A DNA stretch of 62,942 nucleotides, counting the filler, from Octopus bimaculoides (Eukaryota), in assembly GCF_001194135.2 (NCBI RefSeq). It is 3 parts of 3 records of this genome, joined end to end, with 100 filler letters (N's around TTAATTAATTAA, not from the genome) between each part and the next. Parts side by side here need not be neighbours in the genome. Positions count along the whole stretch, not along the records: positions 1 to 29,616 come from NC_068989.1; 2 more parts are not named here. One strand, 5' to 3'. The translations under genes and the position numbers were made by a program. Below are positions 12,702-26,162 of this stretch, piece after piece. Below the pieces are notes generated by a model. The model searched no databases. It was not told the DNA's origin and was given only the letters and a program-made list of their open reading frames with translations. The stretch's first letter is position 1. Every line of letters starts with the position of its first letter.

Positions 12702-12874
12702 CACCCAGAGCACCCCAGTGGAAAAAGCGATCCCCACCAAAGAAAGGAGATTCGCTCGTGACAGTGGCGGCAAAGAAGACCTTGAAACTGGATTGTTCGG
12801 CTCACGGGATACCAAAACCAAACATCACTTGGACAAGGGAAGGAGTCGATATCAAACGTATACCAAATTTGAAG
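12702..12874 (+). CDS. FGFR-family Ig-domain protein, coding exon 2 (N-half of D2-like Ig domain)
   Basis: (A)PRAPQWKKRSPPKKGDSLVTVAAKKTLKLDCSAHGIPKPNITWTREGVDIKRIPNLK resembles FGFR D2 (APYW...VPAAKTVKFKC...G.P.P...W). Pyrimidine tract plus TAG acceptor; AAG|GTAATT donor, phase 0. Confidence 0.85.
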
Positions 12875-15447
12875 GTAATTACACACACACACATACACAC
12901 ATGCAGAATTTCGTCTGCTTATCGTCCGATTTATTTTTTCACTTTTACAGGTGTTTTGTTTTATTAACAACAAATTTTTACAAGAAGAAAAAAATGAGAA
13001 AAAAAAAACATTAGAAGTATAAGAAAAATCCATAGATACCACACCAAGGAAACAAATAAAAAGAAGAAAATGGGGGATTAAACTGCCAGAGATGGGCGGG
13101 GAGGGAATGGCGGGTTGTGCACCCCAGAAAAAATGGCGTGTTCGGACGCGTCTCGTGGACATGACTGCGCAGGTATTGCCCCGAAAACGGCCAGCAACAC
13201 TCGCTGCAACAACCGCTCCACGTTGTGGGGCTCATAATTCTCTGTTTCAAATACGCAGTAACCAGATAATTGTGAAAATGAAAGAAGTAGCTAGACAAAG
13301 GAAAGTAATGCAATGACTGGCAGTTATTGTATTTTGGTGTGGTTCATTCACAGCGTGAGAGGCATACACAAACGGGCCGCTACCGTCCATGAAAATGAAA
13401 GTTTTATTAGTGAAATTTTCTAGAGATAAGCTTCAGATGATGTAGATTAGGATTATATCGTAATTTGCTGAGAAAAAAATTTTCCAGAAGTTAGGGATAG
13501 GAGTTTTTAAAAAAATCGCACAAGTCGGTTTCGCTTCCTCATAACTTTCAGAAAATTGGGTATTTTGTAATGAAATGTTCTACAAATACCTTTCAAAGTG
13601 CGTAAATTAAGATTATACAGGAATTTGATGCGAAAAGAAAAATGGTGAGCACGAGCACATACATACTGACAAAATTTTTTCAAGTTTCATTTTGTAGATA
13701 TGTGATGTGTTGTCAGTATGTATATGTGTGGACCAACCATTTTTTTTTTTTTTTTTTTTNNNNNNNNNNNNNNNNNNNNNNNNNNNNNNNNNNNNNNNNN
13801 NNNNNNNNNNNNNNNNNNNNNNNNNNNNNNNNNNNNNNNNNNNNNNNNNNNNNNNNNNNNNNNNNNNNNNNNNNNNNNNNNNNNNNNNNNNNNNNNNNNN
13901 NNNNNNNNNNNNNNNNNNNNNNNNNNNNNNNNNNNNNNNNNNNNNNNNNNNNNNNNNNNNNNNNNNNNNNNNNNNNNNNNNNNNNNNNNNNNNNNNNNNN
14001 NNNNNNNNNNNNCTCACAGAAAATTTTTCAAAACAAATTCCGATATATTCGGAATCTACACTATCCGAAACATATTTACAGAAAGTTTCATTTAAAAAAT
14101 AGTTAATTTTCTGGAAGTTATGAGGAAACAAAATCAGGGGAGGAGCACACATGTGTAGGTATGTCGACTGGGATATGAGTGAGCAGTTGGGGTATAACGT
14201 AGGTAGTGGGAGGTTGTGGGGCCCGTCTGCCTGGGGTGACGCTTTTGAGAGGCTCTATGGGTCTGCTGTATAGCTTTTATAGGGTCGAAGAGACAAGAGG
14301 GTGGTAAACTGAAGGGCTTCCCCGGGTAGTACACACTGTAGCTACGCCATTGGACTTGGGACGGTTAGAGCACCGAACACTTGCTGTCACACTCCTGATT
14401 GTTTTGTGGTGCCAGTGTGCAAGGAAAGTGCACGGAAGACAGCAAAGTATTCATCTTGGGAGAGATGAACCATTTACACACACCATATGATACCATTTTA
14501 AAGATTATTGTGAGGCAATATTCTTTGAGTGACACTTTTAGGTCTGCTATATATAAAGACTTTGGGGTCCCGTGGTAGGGCACAGTAAATTCCAGATTTC
14601 CCCGGGTGGCACAAATGTTTGCTAATCTATATCAAAACTTAAAATTGGGTTATACCGAACCTTCAGTACCGTCCTCGCAATGCTTTCCATTTGGCTGAGA
14701 GCTGGACCTGTACTACAAGCTGTTCTCCATAACCCCACCATGTCAGCAATACTCAACTAAACCAAACTCTAAAAGAACGGATTCTTTTCTTTCTCTGAAG
14801 AATCTATCCTGAACTATCTCTAATAAATAGTGAGGATTTCTTTCTACAGTGGCAGAAGGCCAGAAATGTTACGGAGTGCAAAACACAATAGCTGTAGTAG
14901 AGCTTGAATTAATGATAAGAAACTTCACTAAGTAACTTTCCGAAAGATAGATTAACTAACGAAGCTACGAGTTCATTCAGTAACTTCATTGAGGTGGAGA
15001 GGGCGGAGGATGAGCTCAGTTTTATTTTATTATTTTTTCCGCTCAAATTCTTGTTTACAGATGTTTTTTTACTCTCTAATAGTCTTCATTCTGTGATGGT
15101 TGGGGAGAGAGAGGTTTCTTTCAAAATACCTGCTATCGATCGCTACAAAATTAATATACTTTGAAGTCATTTTTCTCCCTCCCTCTCCCCTCTTTTTATT
15201 TCTCTATCTAGTCTAGAATCTATCTGTCGATATATATATATATATATATATAACATGTGTACATATATATATGTGTATATATAATATTAATATAAATTTA
15301 ATATGTTTATATACATGATATATATATACACACATATGAGTATACACATACACACACACATATATATATTTAGAGAGAGAGAGAGAAATAGACAGATAGT
15401 TTACTGCTTATACATGGGTGAATATGTGTGAATATATGTATTGTATC

Positions 15448-15486
<39 letters not shown>

Positions 15487-16354
15487 ACGTGTGTGTGGTG
15501 CGTACATATACTTACAAAAAATAAGAAATTATATGTATGGATTTAGTCACACATGCACATACGCACACACACTCATTTATAATATATATGTATTTGTATA
15601 TACTGACATACAGACATACGCGTACTTACACATACACTCACGCTCGCATACAGATACATACACGTATGCATGTACGTTTGTATGTATGTATGTATATATG
15701 TATGTATGTATGTATTTGTGTTGATGATTAATGACAAACTGCCGCTGGTTTCATTCCTCTGAATTCTTCTAACGAATGAAATTTGGTTGGATTAAAGGAA
15801 TATATAGTATATATGTCCTACTAGAGTTTGTTATATCTCTAAGAGAAATTTCCTTCGTTTAAGAATAAAAATATATTTCTATATCGAAATGGTTGGGTAG
15901 AGGCAAGGCAAACAACGAAAAGTTATAACGAGAAAGTGATAGACAGAGGGGACATTTTAGAAATAGTTAATACGGAAAGTACAATGCTAAAGTTCTAAGG
16001 ACAAGTGAAGTTTGCTTATACATTTAAAATTGGGTGAAATATAGGGGAGAATGTTAAGATTAGGAGCAAGTACACCGACAAGTGAGAACATGTTAAAAGA
16101 GGAAGTAGAGAATGGAATAAAGTATTGATACCCCAGGCCAGGGAGGGGCTATTTATACTTGAATCGATGAGATATGAAGAGATTTCTTATAGGTAATGTG
16201 GCGTTTGTATTCAAATGGTTACCTTATATTTAGTATTTCGTAAAATAAAACAAAGAGATAAATACGGTATTACAAGGTGGCATTGCAGCTGAGTGTATAC
16301 GCAAAAGGTCTTCAACATCGGACTGTAAGGAATAAAAGAAAGTGAAGGATATAA

Positions 16355-16426
<72 letters not shown>

Positions 16427-16727
16427 TTACCTATCTATCTATATATGGGTGGGTGCGTACNNNNNNNNNNNNNNNNNNNNNNNNNNNNNNNNNNNNNNNN
16501 NNNNNNNNNNNNNNNNNNNNNNNNNNNNNNNNNNNNNNNNNNNNNNNNNNNNNNNNNNNNNNNNNNNNNNNNNNNNNNNNNNNNNNNNNNNATATATTTA
16601 TATATCAATGTATTTTAAGTTTGTGTGAGTAGCAAAAAATATGAAGAGATAACAAGACATAGATGAAAAGACATATGAAGTCATAGGTGGAAAATCGGGT
16701 GAAAGTGAATTGGAAAGTTAGATGATG

Positions 16728-16762
<35 letters not shown>

Positions 16763-17240
16763 CCTGTTGCAGATAATTGTACGAATAATCAGGAAATGGT
16801 GGGGAAGACAGAGTGCAAAGTTTTATCAATTCAAAAGTATTTTTTAAAGCTATAAATTACTGAAGAATTAATTGAAAATTTAAGTATGAAAGTAAGACTT
16901 CCGATAATTTAAAAAAAGTTTTTTTAATAAACCTTACAGATAAAAATGGTTAAAAGAGAGAAAGAATGACTTAATAAAAAAAAAAGCAACAACTATATAT
17001 GAGACAATAAACTAAAGAGAAATATAAACAAGAGCTGGAAGAATATCTTAGGATTTGAAGAAAGATTGTAAAATACTAGAGGTTTTCCAGTAAAACTAGT
17101 AAAAATAATAGATATAAGATAAAAGGGGGCGAAGACCTGGGTAAGAGAAATTTCACAGATAAAAAATATCAATAAAACTGATTTACTTGAAAAATAAGTC
17201 AAAGGTGAAAAAATCGGGTAAAGGTGAATATGGATGTTGA

Positions 17241-17274
<34 letters not shown>

Positions 17275-17689
17275 GGTGGTGGTGTATTAACAGTGTTTTC
17301 TTTATTATCCATGGGGGTTCGAAAAGATACAGAAAAATATAAAGAAAGATTTATACTATGTACTGGCACTCCGTCGGTTACGACGACGAGTGTCTCAGAC
17401 GATCCGATCAACAAACAGAACAGCCTGATTGTGAAATTAACGTGCAAGTGGCTGAGCACTCCACAGAGACGCGTACTCTCAATATAGTTGTCAAGAAGAT
17501 CCATTGTGACACGAAATGTGACAAGGCCGGTCCTTTGAATTACTGGTATTACTCATTTTTTTGCCTGGTGAGTGTTGTCAAAATAAGTGCAATGTGAAAT
17601 CAAGTGTCTTGCTCAAAAACACAATGCGACGCCGGGAATCGAACTTACAGTCGTAAGCCGAATCCCTAACTACTAAGGCCTTCAAAAAT

Positions 17690-17903
17690 TATTTCTACTA
17701 AAGGCACAAGGCCTGAAATTTGGGGAAACGGGACTAGGCGATTACATAAACCCCAGTGTTTCACTGGTACTTAATTTGTCGACTTCGAAAGGACGAAAGG
17801 CAAAGTCGACCTCGGCGGAATTTGAATTTAGAACGTATCGACAGACGAAATAAGTACCAAGCATTTGGCCCGGCGTGTTAACCATTCTACCGGGTCGCCG
17901 CCT
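17690..17903 (-). mobile_element. tRNA-derived SINE (family B)
   Basis: Reverse complement of ggcggcga...gagttcaaattccgccgaggtcgactttgcctttc; same family as 51818-52030 and 59500-60335. Confidence 0.8.
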
Positions 17904-18960
17904 TTAGGGGCCGTCAAAAACAAGAGGAAGCATTTATCAGGGTTCTTACAAAGTTTGAAAGTGAAACGGATTGTTACATATGAAAACGAAGGGGAGACAT
18001 GAGGCATTATAGAATTGGGAGTACCAATATAGAGCACAAACTTTTGGTCAATATAAATAAATCATCTTTTCAGGTTGTTCAGCAACGCACTCTTTTGTCT
18101 ACACAGTCAAGTTATATTTGCGTTTATACTCTTTTTATGCTAGCATATTGCACTCACTCAAAAAGAAATCACTGAACTTTCATCTGCTGTCTACAACAGC
18201 AAAGCCCACGAATAGATAACTGAGAGAACTATAGATTCCTTATTGGTCCATATTTATGCCAAACTCAACTTGAAACTGAACCTTCATATTTCCTAATTTT
18301 TATCCTTCAACAGGCAATACCCACACCCACTTTTATTAAAAGTTTTCTTTTTCTCTCATTTTCATAATTCCATTACCGAAGAATTTTTTTAATTTTTGAA
18401 TATAGTTTTTCTCAAATTTTTATTAGTTTTTTTTTTTTTTGTTATTCTTTGGTTCGATTATCATTGAGATTTCCAATTTTATCACTATTATGTTAATGAT
18501 TATCTCTTCTCTTTCTCCACCCGCCATTCCTTCTCTATTTCTATCATTGCTTTAATCCTAATCCAACTTGCTAAGTCCATCTTTATACTTATTTTGAAAC
18601 CATTCTCTTTTACTCCTTTACAAATCTCTAACTGCTTCCTTTTCAATCTCCACACTCTCTCCCCCACCACACATCCCACATTGTCCTAACTTGTCTCTAC
18701 ATGTTATCTCTATCACAATTTATCCCTTAAATCAATTATAATCTTCATAATTAAACATCATAGATTATCATTTATGGATGAATATTAATATCATTATTGT
18801 TGTTTGTTTTTTTTATATAATATCCCTTAATTTCATCCCATTTTATTTGTATATTTGTTTTTAAAACTTGATAAGTCTCTCCTGCAATTCTCATTTAAGA
18901 TCTGGGAAGTCTTTCCTACACCTCTATTTCATTGTTGTTGCTGTTATTATTATTATCATT

Positions 18961-18992
<32 letters not shown>

Positions 18993-19422
18993 CATCATCA
19001 CCATTATTATTATTATTGAGGGTGCACGACCTAATGGTTAGGGTTTTGCACTCACGGTCGGTACATTGTGATTTCAATTCCTAGAGCGGATGGTGCGTTG
19101 CCCTACGATCACCTCGATACCTGACACGTGGTTTTTCGTTCTGAGTTCAAATTCCGCCAAGATCGACTTTGCTTTTATCCTTTCGGGGTCAATAAAATCA
19201 GTGATAGTCGAGCACTGGGATCGATGATATTGACTTAACCTTTCTTGAAAACTGCCGGCTTTGTGCCGAAATTTGACACCATTATTATTGTTGTAATAGG
19301 GCATTGGGTTGGTAGAATCTTTCAGGAGTCGGAGGAAATGCGTTGCGCTGTTTCTTTTGCTGTTTTACGTTGTTTGTGCAAATCTTATCACACATTTTAT
19401 ATTTTTTCTTTTATTATTGCAG

Positions 19423-19546
19423 GTGAAGTTTCAGAAATACACGTTAGCAGTGCAAAACGTAAGAATGAAAGACTCGGGCAACTACACGTGCCGTGTGTTC
19501 AATAACCTCGGCACTTTATCGTTCACATTCGATGTCGTTGTTGTAG
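19423..19546 (+). CDS. FGFR-family Ig-domain protein, coding exon 3 (C-half of D2-like Ig domain)
   Basis: VKFQKYTLAVQNVRMKDSGNYTCRVFNNLGTLSFTFDVVVV contains the DxGxYTC I-set motif (compare FGFR DKGNYTCIVENEYGS). CAG acceptor in phase 0; ends at AG|GCAAGT (GC donor, phase 1) or reads through to TAA 19722. Confidence 0.85.
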
Positions 19547-21760
19547 GCAAGTACAGCGATTTCTTTGGCTGTTTATCGTTAATGTTTGTATCATTTTTGT
19601 TGCTGTTATTGTTTTTCTATTGTTTTTATTTGTTAAAAGAGGCTGTAAACAAAACCCTGCCGCCCCACCCCGCTACCTATGAAATAGGTGCGATTAACGC
19701 TTCTTTTGAGCAGTTTTGTTAACGTCTGGAAGAAAACTAAGATGACCACAGATGGATCAATTTACTCTGGGGAAAAAAAGAACTGGACATGGTTGTTATT
19801 ATTGCGGTGTTTGTTGGGCAGTGGACTGAATATTGCCAGCAAAAATAAGACAAGTGACTTCAGAATATCTGTGCAAGTGGGACAATATCAACCAGATCTG
19901 AGCGACAGAGACCATAGTAGTAGCGGTAGAAGGCCAACCGGATGGTATTGGTTGCGGCTGCAACGAACATAAAGCTTACAGGCAACAGAATTTACAGCAG
20001 CACTAATCATCATCGTAGTGGTGATGATAGTGTTGTGTCACTGACAGAAATATTGAAAGCCTCCACATCAAGAGATCCTTCTTAATTCACTGACTTAAGC
20101 CGAAGATACACAGTCGATCGAAGTTGTGCAGGTGTCCCCTACACACCTTCCTTCCAAGCACTGCTGTAAACAGAGGAAGTGAGACAGAACGTTAATACTT
20201 AGTACGCATGCACAGCAGTGTTCATGGTCAATATGTACCAAGTGGCTTCACTCTGCGTGCTTTAGCTCCGTTACTATGGTAACAATCTCGATACTTATTG
20301 ATGAGACCACGTAAGACATTACTTGGTTCGAGAGTATAACAGAAAGACGCACAAGGTTCCGCTCAGTGGAACTGAACCCGAAACCACAAGGTCGCAGACT
20401 GCATTCCTCAGTCCCGTTGTTTTATCCCACTGCTATGCTTGCGTCATTGTTTTTGTATGTGTGCTTGTATTTGGCGATGTTTCGAACTTAGTACGTTTAA
20501 GATGGCAGACAAAGGGAAACAAACTGTATTGAATCAGAATGAAAGATAAAGAAATAATCGTTAATAATCGGCAATAATCGGCAATAATCGGCATTAATCG
20601 ACAATAAAAATCAAAAGAAAATTACTTGGTGTCAATCACACAAGCTGAACGTTTTAATAGCATTTATCAAATGCATTAGACGTTACTATCCTGTATAATT
20701 ATTATATTTCAGTTTACCAATTTAGAGAACTAAATAAACAAATCAATAAATCGAACGCATTTTATACAAAATCGGGTTTTATAATAATTGACGATGATTG
20801 CCAATTAATATCGATTGTGTTTTTCACCTCTTTCGTTCTGATTTTGTAGTTTTAGCTTCATCTTGTTCGCCATCTTTTATGTACAAAGTTCGAAAGATCG
20901 CCCATATATGTGTTGTGTGTGTGCATACCGACACACATACGCTCGCGCGCGTACACACACGCACATATACAGATATATATATATATATATACACACACAT
21001 TGACGGGTACTTGGCTCACAATCGTGTGGTTGTGAGTTCGATTCTCGACGGCGTGTTGTGTCCTTGAGCAAGACACTTAATTTCACGTTACTCCAGTCCA
21101 CTCAGCTGGCCAAAATGAGTTCACCTGTGACTGAAAAGGGACAGTCTTGTCACATTCTGTGTCTCGCTGAATCTTCCTGAAAACTACATTAATGTGTAGA
21201 AACGTCTGTGGTGTACTCAGCCACACGCACGCTAATTTTAAAAGCAGGCTGTTTCGTTGATTGGATTAACTGGAACACTCATCGCAGTAACCGACGGAGA
21301 GCCAGAGGCATATATATTTACACACACACACACANNNNNNNNNNNNNNNNNNNNNNNNNNNNNNNNNNNNNNNNNNNNNNNNNNNNNNNNNNNNNNNNNN
21401 NNNNNNNNNNNNNNNNNNNNNNNNNNNNNNNNNNNNNNNNNNNNNNNNNNNNNNNNNNNNNNNNNNNNNNNNNNNNNNNNNNNNNNNNNNNNNNNNNNNN
21501 NNNNNNNNNNNNNNNNNNNNNNNNNNNNNNNNNNNNNNNNNNNNNNNNNNNNNNNNNNNNNNNNNNNNNNNNNNNNNNNNNNNNNNNNNNNNNNNNNNNN
21601 NNNNNNNNNNNNNNNNNNNNNGGCAGCGCTGTTTGTCTCTTCTTTTTTTTATTTTTTATGTTTCATCTTTTACTTGTTTCAGTCATGAGACTGCGACCAT
21701 GCAATTGTCAAGTGGTTGTGTGTGGGCTAATCACACACACACACACGCACAGGCATTTGT

Positions 21761-21990
21761 GAAGGCGCATGGCTCAGTGGTTAGAGCTTTGGGCGTAAAA
21801 TCGGGAGGTTGTGAGTTTGGTTCTTGGACTGGGCTGTGTGTTGTGTTCTTGAGCAAGACACTCTATTTCATGTTGCTCCAAACCACTCAGCTGCAGAAAT
21901 GAGTTGCAACGTCACTGGTTGCTCTACCGCGCTTTGCCTTTCCCTTGGATAACATCGATGGCGTAGAGAGGGGAGGCTGGTATGCGTGAC
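21761..21990 (+). mobile_element. tRNA-derived SINE (family C)
   Basis: A box tggctcagtgg, B-box-like gagtttggttc, body gtgttcttgagcaagacac...cactcagctg. Related copies at ~21000-21300, 29777-30020 and 53365-53620. Confidence 0.75.
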
Positions 21991-22012
21991 CACTTTTTTT
22001 ACTTTTTTTAAT

Positions 22013-22396
22013 CATTTGACTGCGGCCATGCTGGAGCATAGCCTCGAATTTGTTTTTTTTTAATGGAACAAATCGACCTCTGGACTTATGCCTTTTTAAA
22101 GCCTAGTACTTATTCTATGTGTCCCTTTTGCCGAACCGCTAAGTTACATGAACGGAAACACACCAACACTTATTGCTAAGTAGTGACGGGGAGACAAACA
22201 CTGACACAAAGACACACACACACACACACACATATTATATACGACGGGCTTCTTTCAGTTTCCATCTACCAAATCCACTCAGCTCACTAGGCTTTGATCG
22301 CCCGGAGATTATAGTAGAAGACGCAAGCCCAAGGTGCCACGCGATGGGACTGAACTAGGAACCATGTGGTTGGAAAGCAAGTTTCTTACTACACAG
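22013..22396 (-). mobile_element. SINE family A
   Basis: Reverse complement of the 3506-3966 element. Confidence 0.8.
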
Positions 22397-22646
22397 NNNN
22401 NNNNNNNNNNNNNNNNNNNNNNNNNNNNNNNNNNNNNNNNNNNNNNNNNNNNNNNNNNNNNNNNNNNNNNNNNNNNNNNNNNNNNNNNNNNNNNNNNNNN
22501 NNNNNNNNNNNNNNNNNNNNNNNNNNNNNNNNNNNNNNNNNNNNNNNNNNNNNNNNNNNNNNNNNNNNNNNNNNNNNNNNNNNNNNNNNNNNNNNNNNNN
22601 NNNNNNNNNNNNNNNNNNNNNNNNNNNNNNNNNNNNNNNNNNNNNN

Positions 22647-23061
22647 CCCTACCATGTGCCCTCTAGAAGGATCTTCTGTCTCAAGGGCCGTAGTATATAG
22701 ATCCACCCTTACACCATCCGGTGGCATTGCTAGGCAGTATACGGGTATGACAGCTAATGATTTCAAGGGAAGATAATCCCAGCATACCAGCATCTGCACC
22801 TATTCAGATCAAGGGACAGAGGAAAATCTGCTTCCCAGTCTCGTTCTGGAGACTCCGTGAACTCCGAGACGAAACACCCAGCATCAAGTGGACTATCGTC
22901 GACAGAGCGCCATCGTATTCACCCGGCGCCCCCAAACGCTAGCTCTGCCTCCACAAAAAAAAAAGCTACATATCCTCCAACAACGTGCAGTATCCATCAA
23001 CAAGAAATACGATTTACCTTAGTGCTGTTACCAGAGGTATGCTCTTCTGGCAAATCTCAAG
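22647..23061 (+). mobile_element. Penelope-like element GIY-YIG endonuclease remnant (Naiad/Chlamys-like), pseudogenised
   Basis: CPLEGSSVSRAVVYRSTL...QYTGMTANDFKGR*..H / W....IKWTIVDRAPSY....R*LCL..K / INKK.DL..C...LLANLK matches the PLE EN pattern CPLxG..VY..Y.G....FK.R..H..W..CxLC..LNK..CRH. Stops and frameshifts present. Confidence 0.75.
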
Positions 23062-24070
23062 CCCCTGTCCGCCGACAACTCAGATATACCATCTTAAAAC
23101 CGAACCCATGAGCAGCACCACCAGTTACCAATTCAGAATGCTTGTTATGTGTATGTATACTCATGCACGCGCTCGAGAAAGAGTACGCATGTGAACGCGC
23201 ATGCTCGCGTGTGTACACGCTAATATGCCTGCGTATATACATATGTACATATAAATGAATACGCATGTGCGAGTGTGTCTTTGTGTGTGCGTACATGTGT
23301 ATGCATATGTGTGTATGCGCATGTATGTTTGTGTACGCACACGCGCATGTTCGTTTATATGTGTGTGCGCATGTGTGGGCGTGCGCGCCAATGTACTGAT
23401 GCGCATGCTCGCTTCAATACAGACATGCACGCAAAACCACATGAGCGCGTCCACACATCCACATATACAGCTATATACTTGCACGCACCGCTCCTTCCTA
23501 TTCCAGCAATCCGACCGATTTTCTCTCCACCAGCGGTATTTTGCAAACTAACTGTTGTCGCTGGTATACCGATATACCAACATCAAACCACAACACCATG
23601 TGACCTTCCTCGACCAATCGCAGCTCACCTTACAATAATAACAATCAGCTTCTTTCATTCAAATTCAAAATGGCTGCAGACTAGCATCACGCTTGAAACT
23701 CGGAGTAGCAACAAATTTGAATCAAACTGTTTTGATCCATACACACACACATCCTCACATATCTCGAGCTTCTTTCAGTTTCTGTCTACCAAACCCACTT
23801 GCAAGGCTTTGGCCATTTGTCCGAGGCTATAGTAGATGACACTTTCTCAATGTGCCACGCTGTAGAACTGAACCCGGAACCACGTAGTTGAGAAGAAAGC
23901 TTCTAGCTATACAGCCACGCTTGCGCCGATATTGTGTGTGTGTATGTGTGTGTGTGCATGCGTGTTTGTGAGTATGTTAAGTGCGTGTGGTACCTACCTA
24001 CGTCTCTGGTGTGTTGAATATTTATACACACTTTTTCCCCATTCTCTCTCTATTTATTTCCTTTTATTCC

Positions 24071-24104
24071 TCTCTGTCGAAGAGCGTAGGCTCGAAACGT
24101 CAGA
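24071..24104 (+). ncRNA. Minimal hammerhead-like motif in a probable PLE 3' UTR/pLTR
   Basis: tct-CTGTCGA-a-gagc gtag gctc-GAAA-CG-TC-aga. ACGT stem III palindrome, stem I tct/aga; core A6 is replaced by U. Confidence 0.5.
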
Positions 24105-24625
24105 CTTTTTCCAATCTTTCCCGAGCGTCAAACGAATACCCTTGCTTGTTACTCTTACACCTGCCTTCGACTTTGTTTTTCTATAAATTTGAACTATATA
24201 TAGCATAGACAGTACTACACTTAACACAAGTACATACAAACCCGATAATCCATAACTTATCTTCTCTAGTTTGGTTTGTGTAAATATTTCAAATGTCAAG
24301 CTGTTATAGTTGTTTACCAACTCCAAGTAGGCCAATTCCGAACGCGTAATACAGCTATGATCAAAGGCTTTCCAGCCTTGACCAACCTGTCTTGTTTTCA
24401 GCTTATCTTATCTTTATACTCTATTGGCCAATGAATCGTTTATTTTCTTTCCTTAGCAGGGTGCTATTTGAGGTGTATTTTGTTGTTATTTCTAGCAGGT
24501 CGAGTAATCACATTAGCACACCTTAGTAAGCATGATAAATGTCATATATTTGCATAGGGGTCAGAGCGTATATATGTGTGTATGTGTATACATGTGTGTG
24601 TGTATGTATCTGTAACTTACATATA

Positions 24626-24686
<61 letters not shown>

Positions 24687-24785
24687 TGTGTGTGTGTGTG
24701 TGTATCTGTGTATGTAAGTATGCGATCCAGGTTCCTTAATGGAAGTGCTGCTGAGGGGATCGCCCAGATTTTACCCATCCCCTCA

Positions 24786-24824
<39 letters not shown>

Positions 24825-26119
24825 GTATACATACAGAGATGCAGATGAATGTGGTGTGTGTCCTCGTATGTGCGTATGCAGAGGCGTGTGCGTGTGTATG
24901 CATATACCTATGCATATAAACTGTATCTATGTCATTAGCTAGGTGCGCACGCGTTAAGTTTATCTCTATAATACTGTGTCAATAATGTTTGAAAAGCCTC
25001 CCGCAAACGTCCCGCCCTATTTAAGCTTTCTAAGGCCCAGTGCTCACCTTTATTTTCATAAGCCTTAAGCAGATGATAGATAAACCTTCCCGCCCACCTT
25101 TAGTAGCAGGATAGCATTCCATTGTGACTCAGGTGACGTTTGTATAGGATTTCATATCGCTATCCAGATTGGGATAGGTTTAGAAATGTTTGAAGATTGT
25201 GTTATCTTTATTCTTATTACTCGTTTTTTTGGCTCAATCTACGGAATGTGCACGGCGTGTTCCGATGTGAGAGCCCCTAAGAAGCTGCTGGATTTGTTAG
25301 AAATGGCAGCCAAATATCTCTGATATCATACTCCGCTCTGCGAAAAAAATAAGGTATGATGCGTTGAGTAATGTACTCTCAGAAGCATTATGCCTCAAAA
25401 AGAACTGACGTGATAGTCACGGCTGGAATTGTTTTCGATCATAGGTTTGTTTGTTAAGGGTTGATCTAGGTTTAAAAATGGATAATAGCGTTATTATCAT
25501 CACCGCCTCCTTCGCCACCATGATCAACGGCAATGCGATGTTGGTCGATCTGCTAGAAATAACAGCCAACATCACTGAAATTACAGTTTACCATCTTAAA
25601 ATATCAAGGTCACATGAGATTATGTAATCCTGGATACATAATGCGTAAGAAACGGACGGGGTAGCCATGCCTGGAAACATTAAATCGTAGAGCTTTCGAG
25701 TTACAGAGAAACAAGATCAACAACAAAACTGTCACATGACAAAGATGGGACCGGTACGTGGTGACTCGACTTGTTATAAGTAACAACCGAATCTTCCTCA
25801 AATCATACCCCATCGTCATCATATAAATCAATGAAAAGTTGGCTGATGGAGTCCAAGTAATAAAGCCCATAATTTCTCTTCCTTTGTCTTTTATTTAATC
25901 TCTTATTACGCCTAGTGGTGATAAGCTTAAGGAAAATGTGTATGTGTGTGTCTGTGTGTGTGTGTCGGTGTGTGTGTGTGTCTGTATGCGTGTGTCACAT
26001 AAACGCGATGGACACAAACGATGATTACGTTTTACCAACTTTTCAAGACCAAATGTAGAACAACAACGTGTTTCGTTTCTCAAAATCTCTCTCTGTAACT
26101 GTGTGGGTGTGCGCCTCTC

Positions 26120-26162
<43 letters not shown>

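Noticed and set aside
14140-14770. GC-richer stretch as a host-gene exon or LINE ORF
   Set aside because: Stops in all frames, no splice signals, and only vague LINE resemblance.
19688-19972. ORF as the next exon (D3) of the FGFR-like gene
   Set aside because: No Ig Cys/Trp pattern and no convincing phase-1 acceptor.
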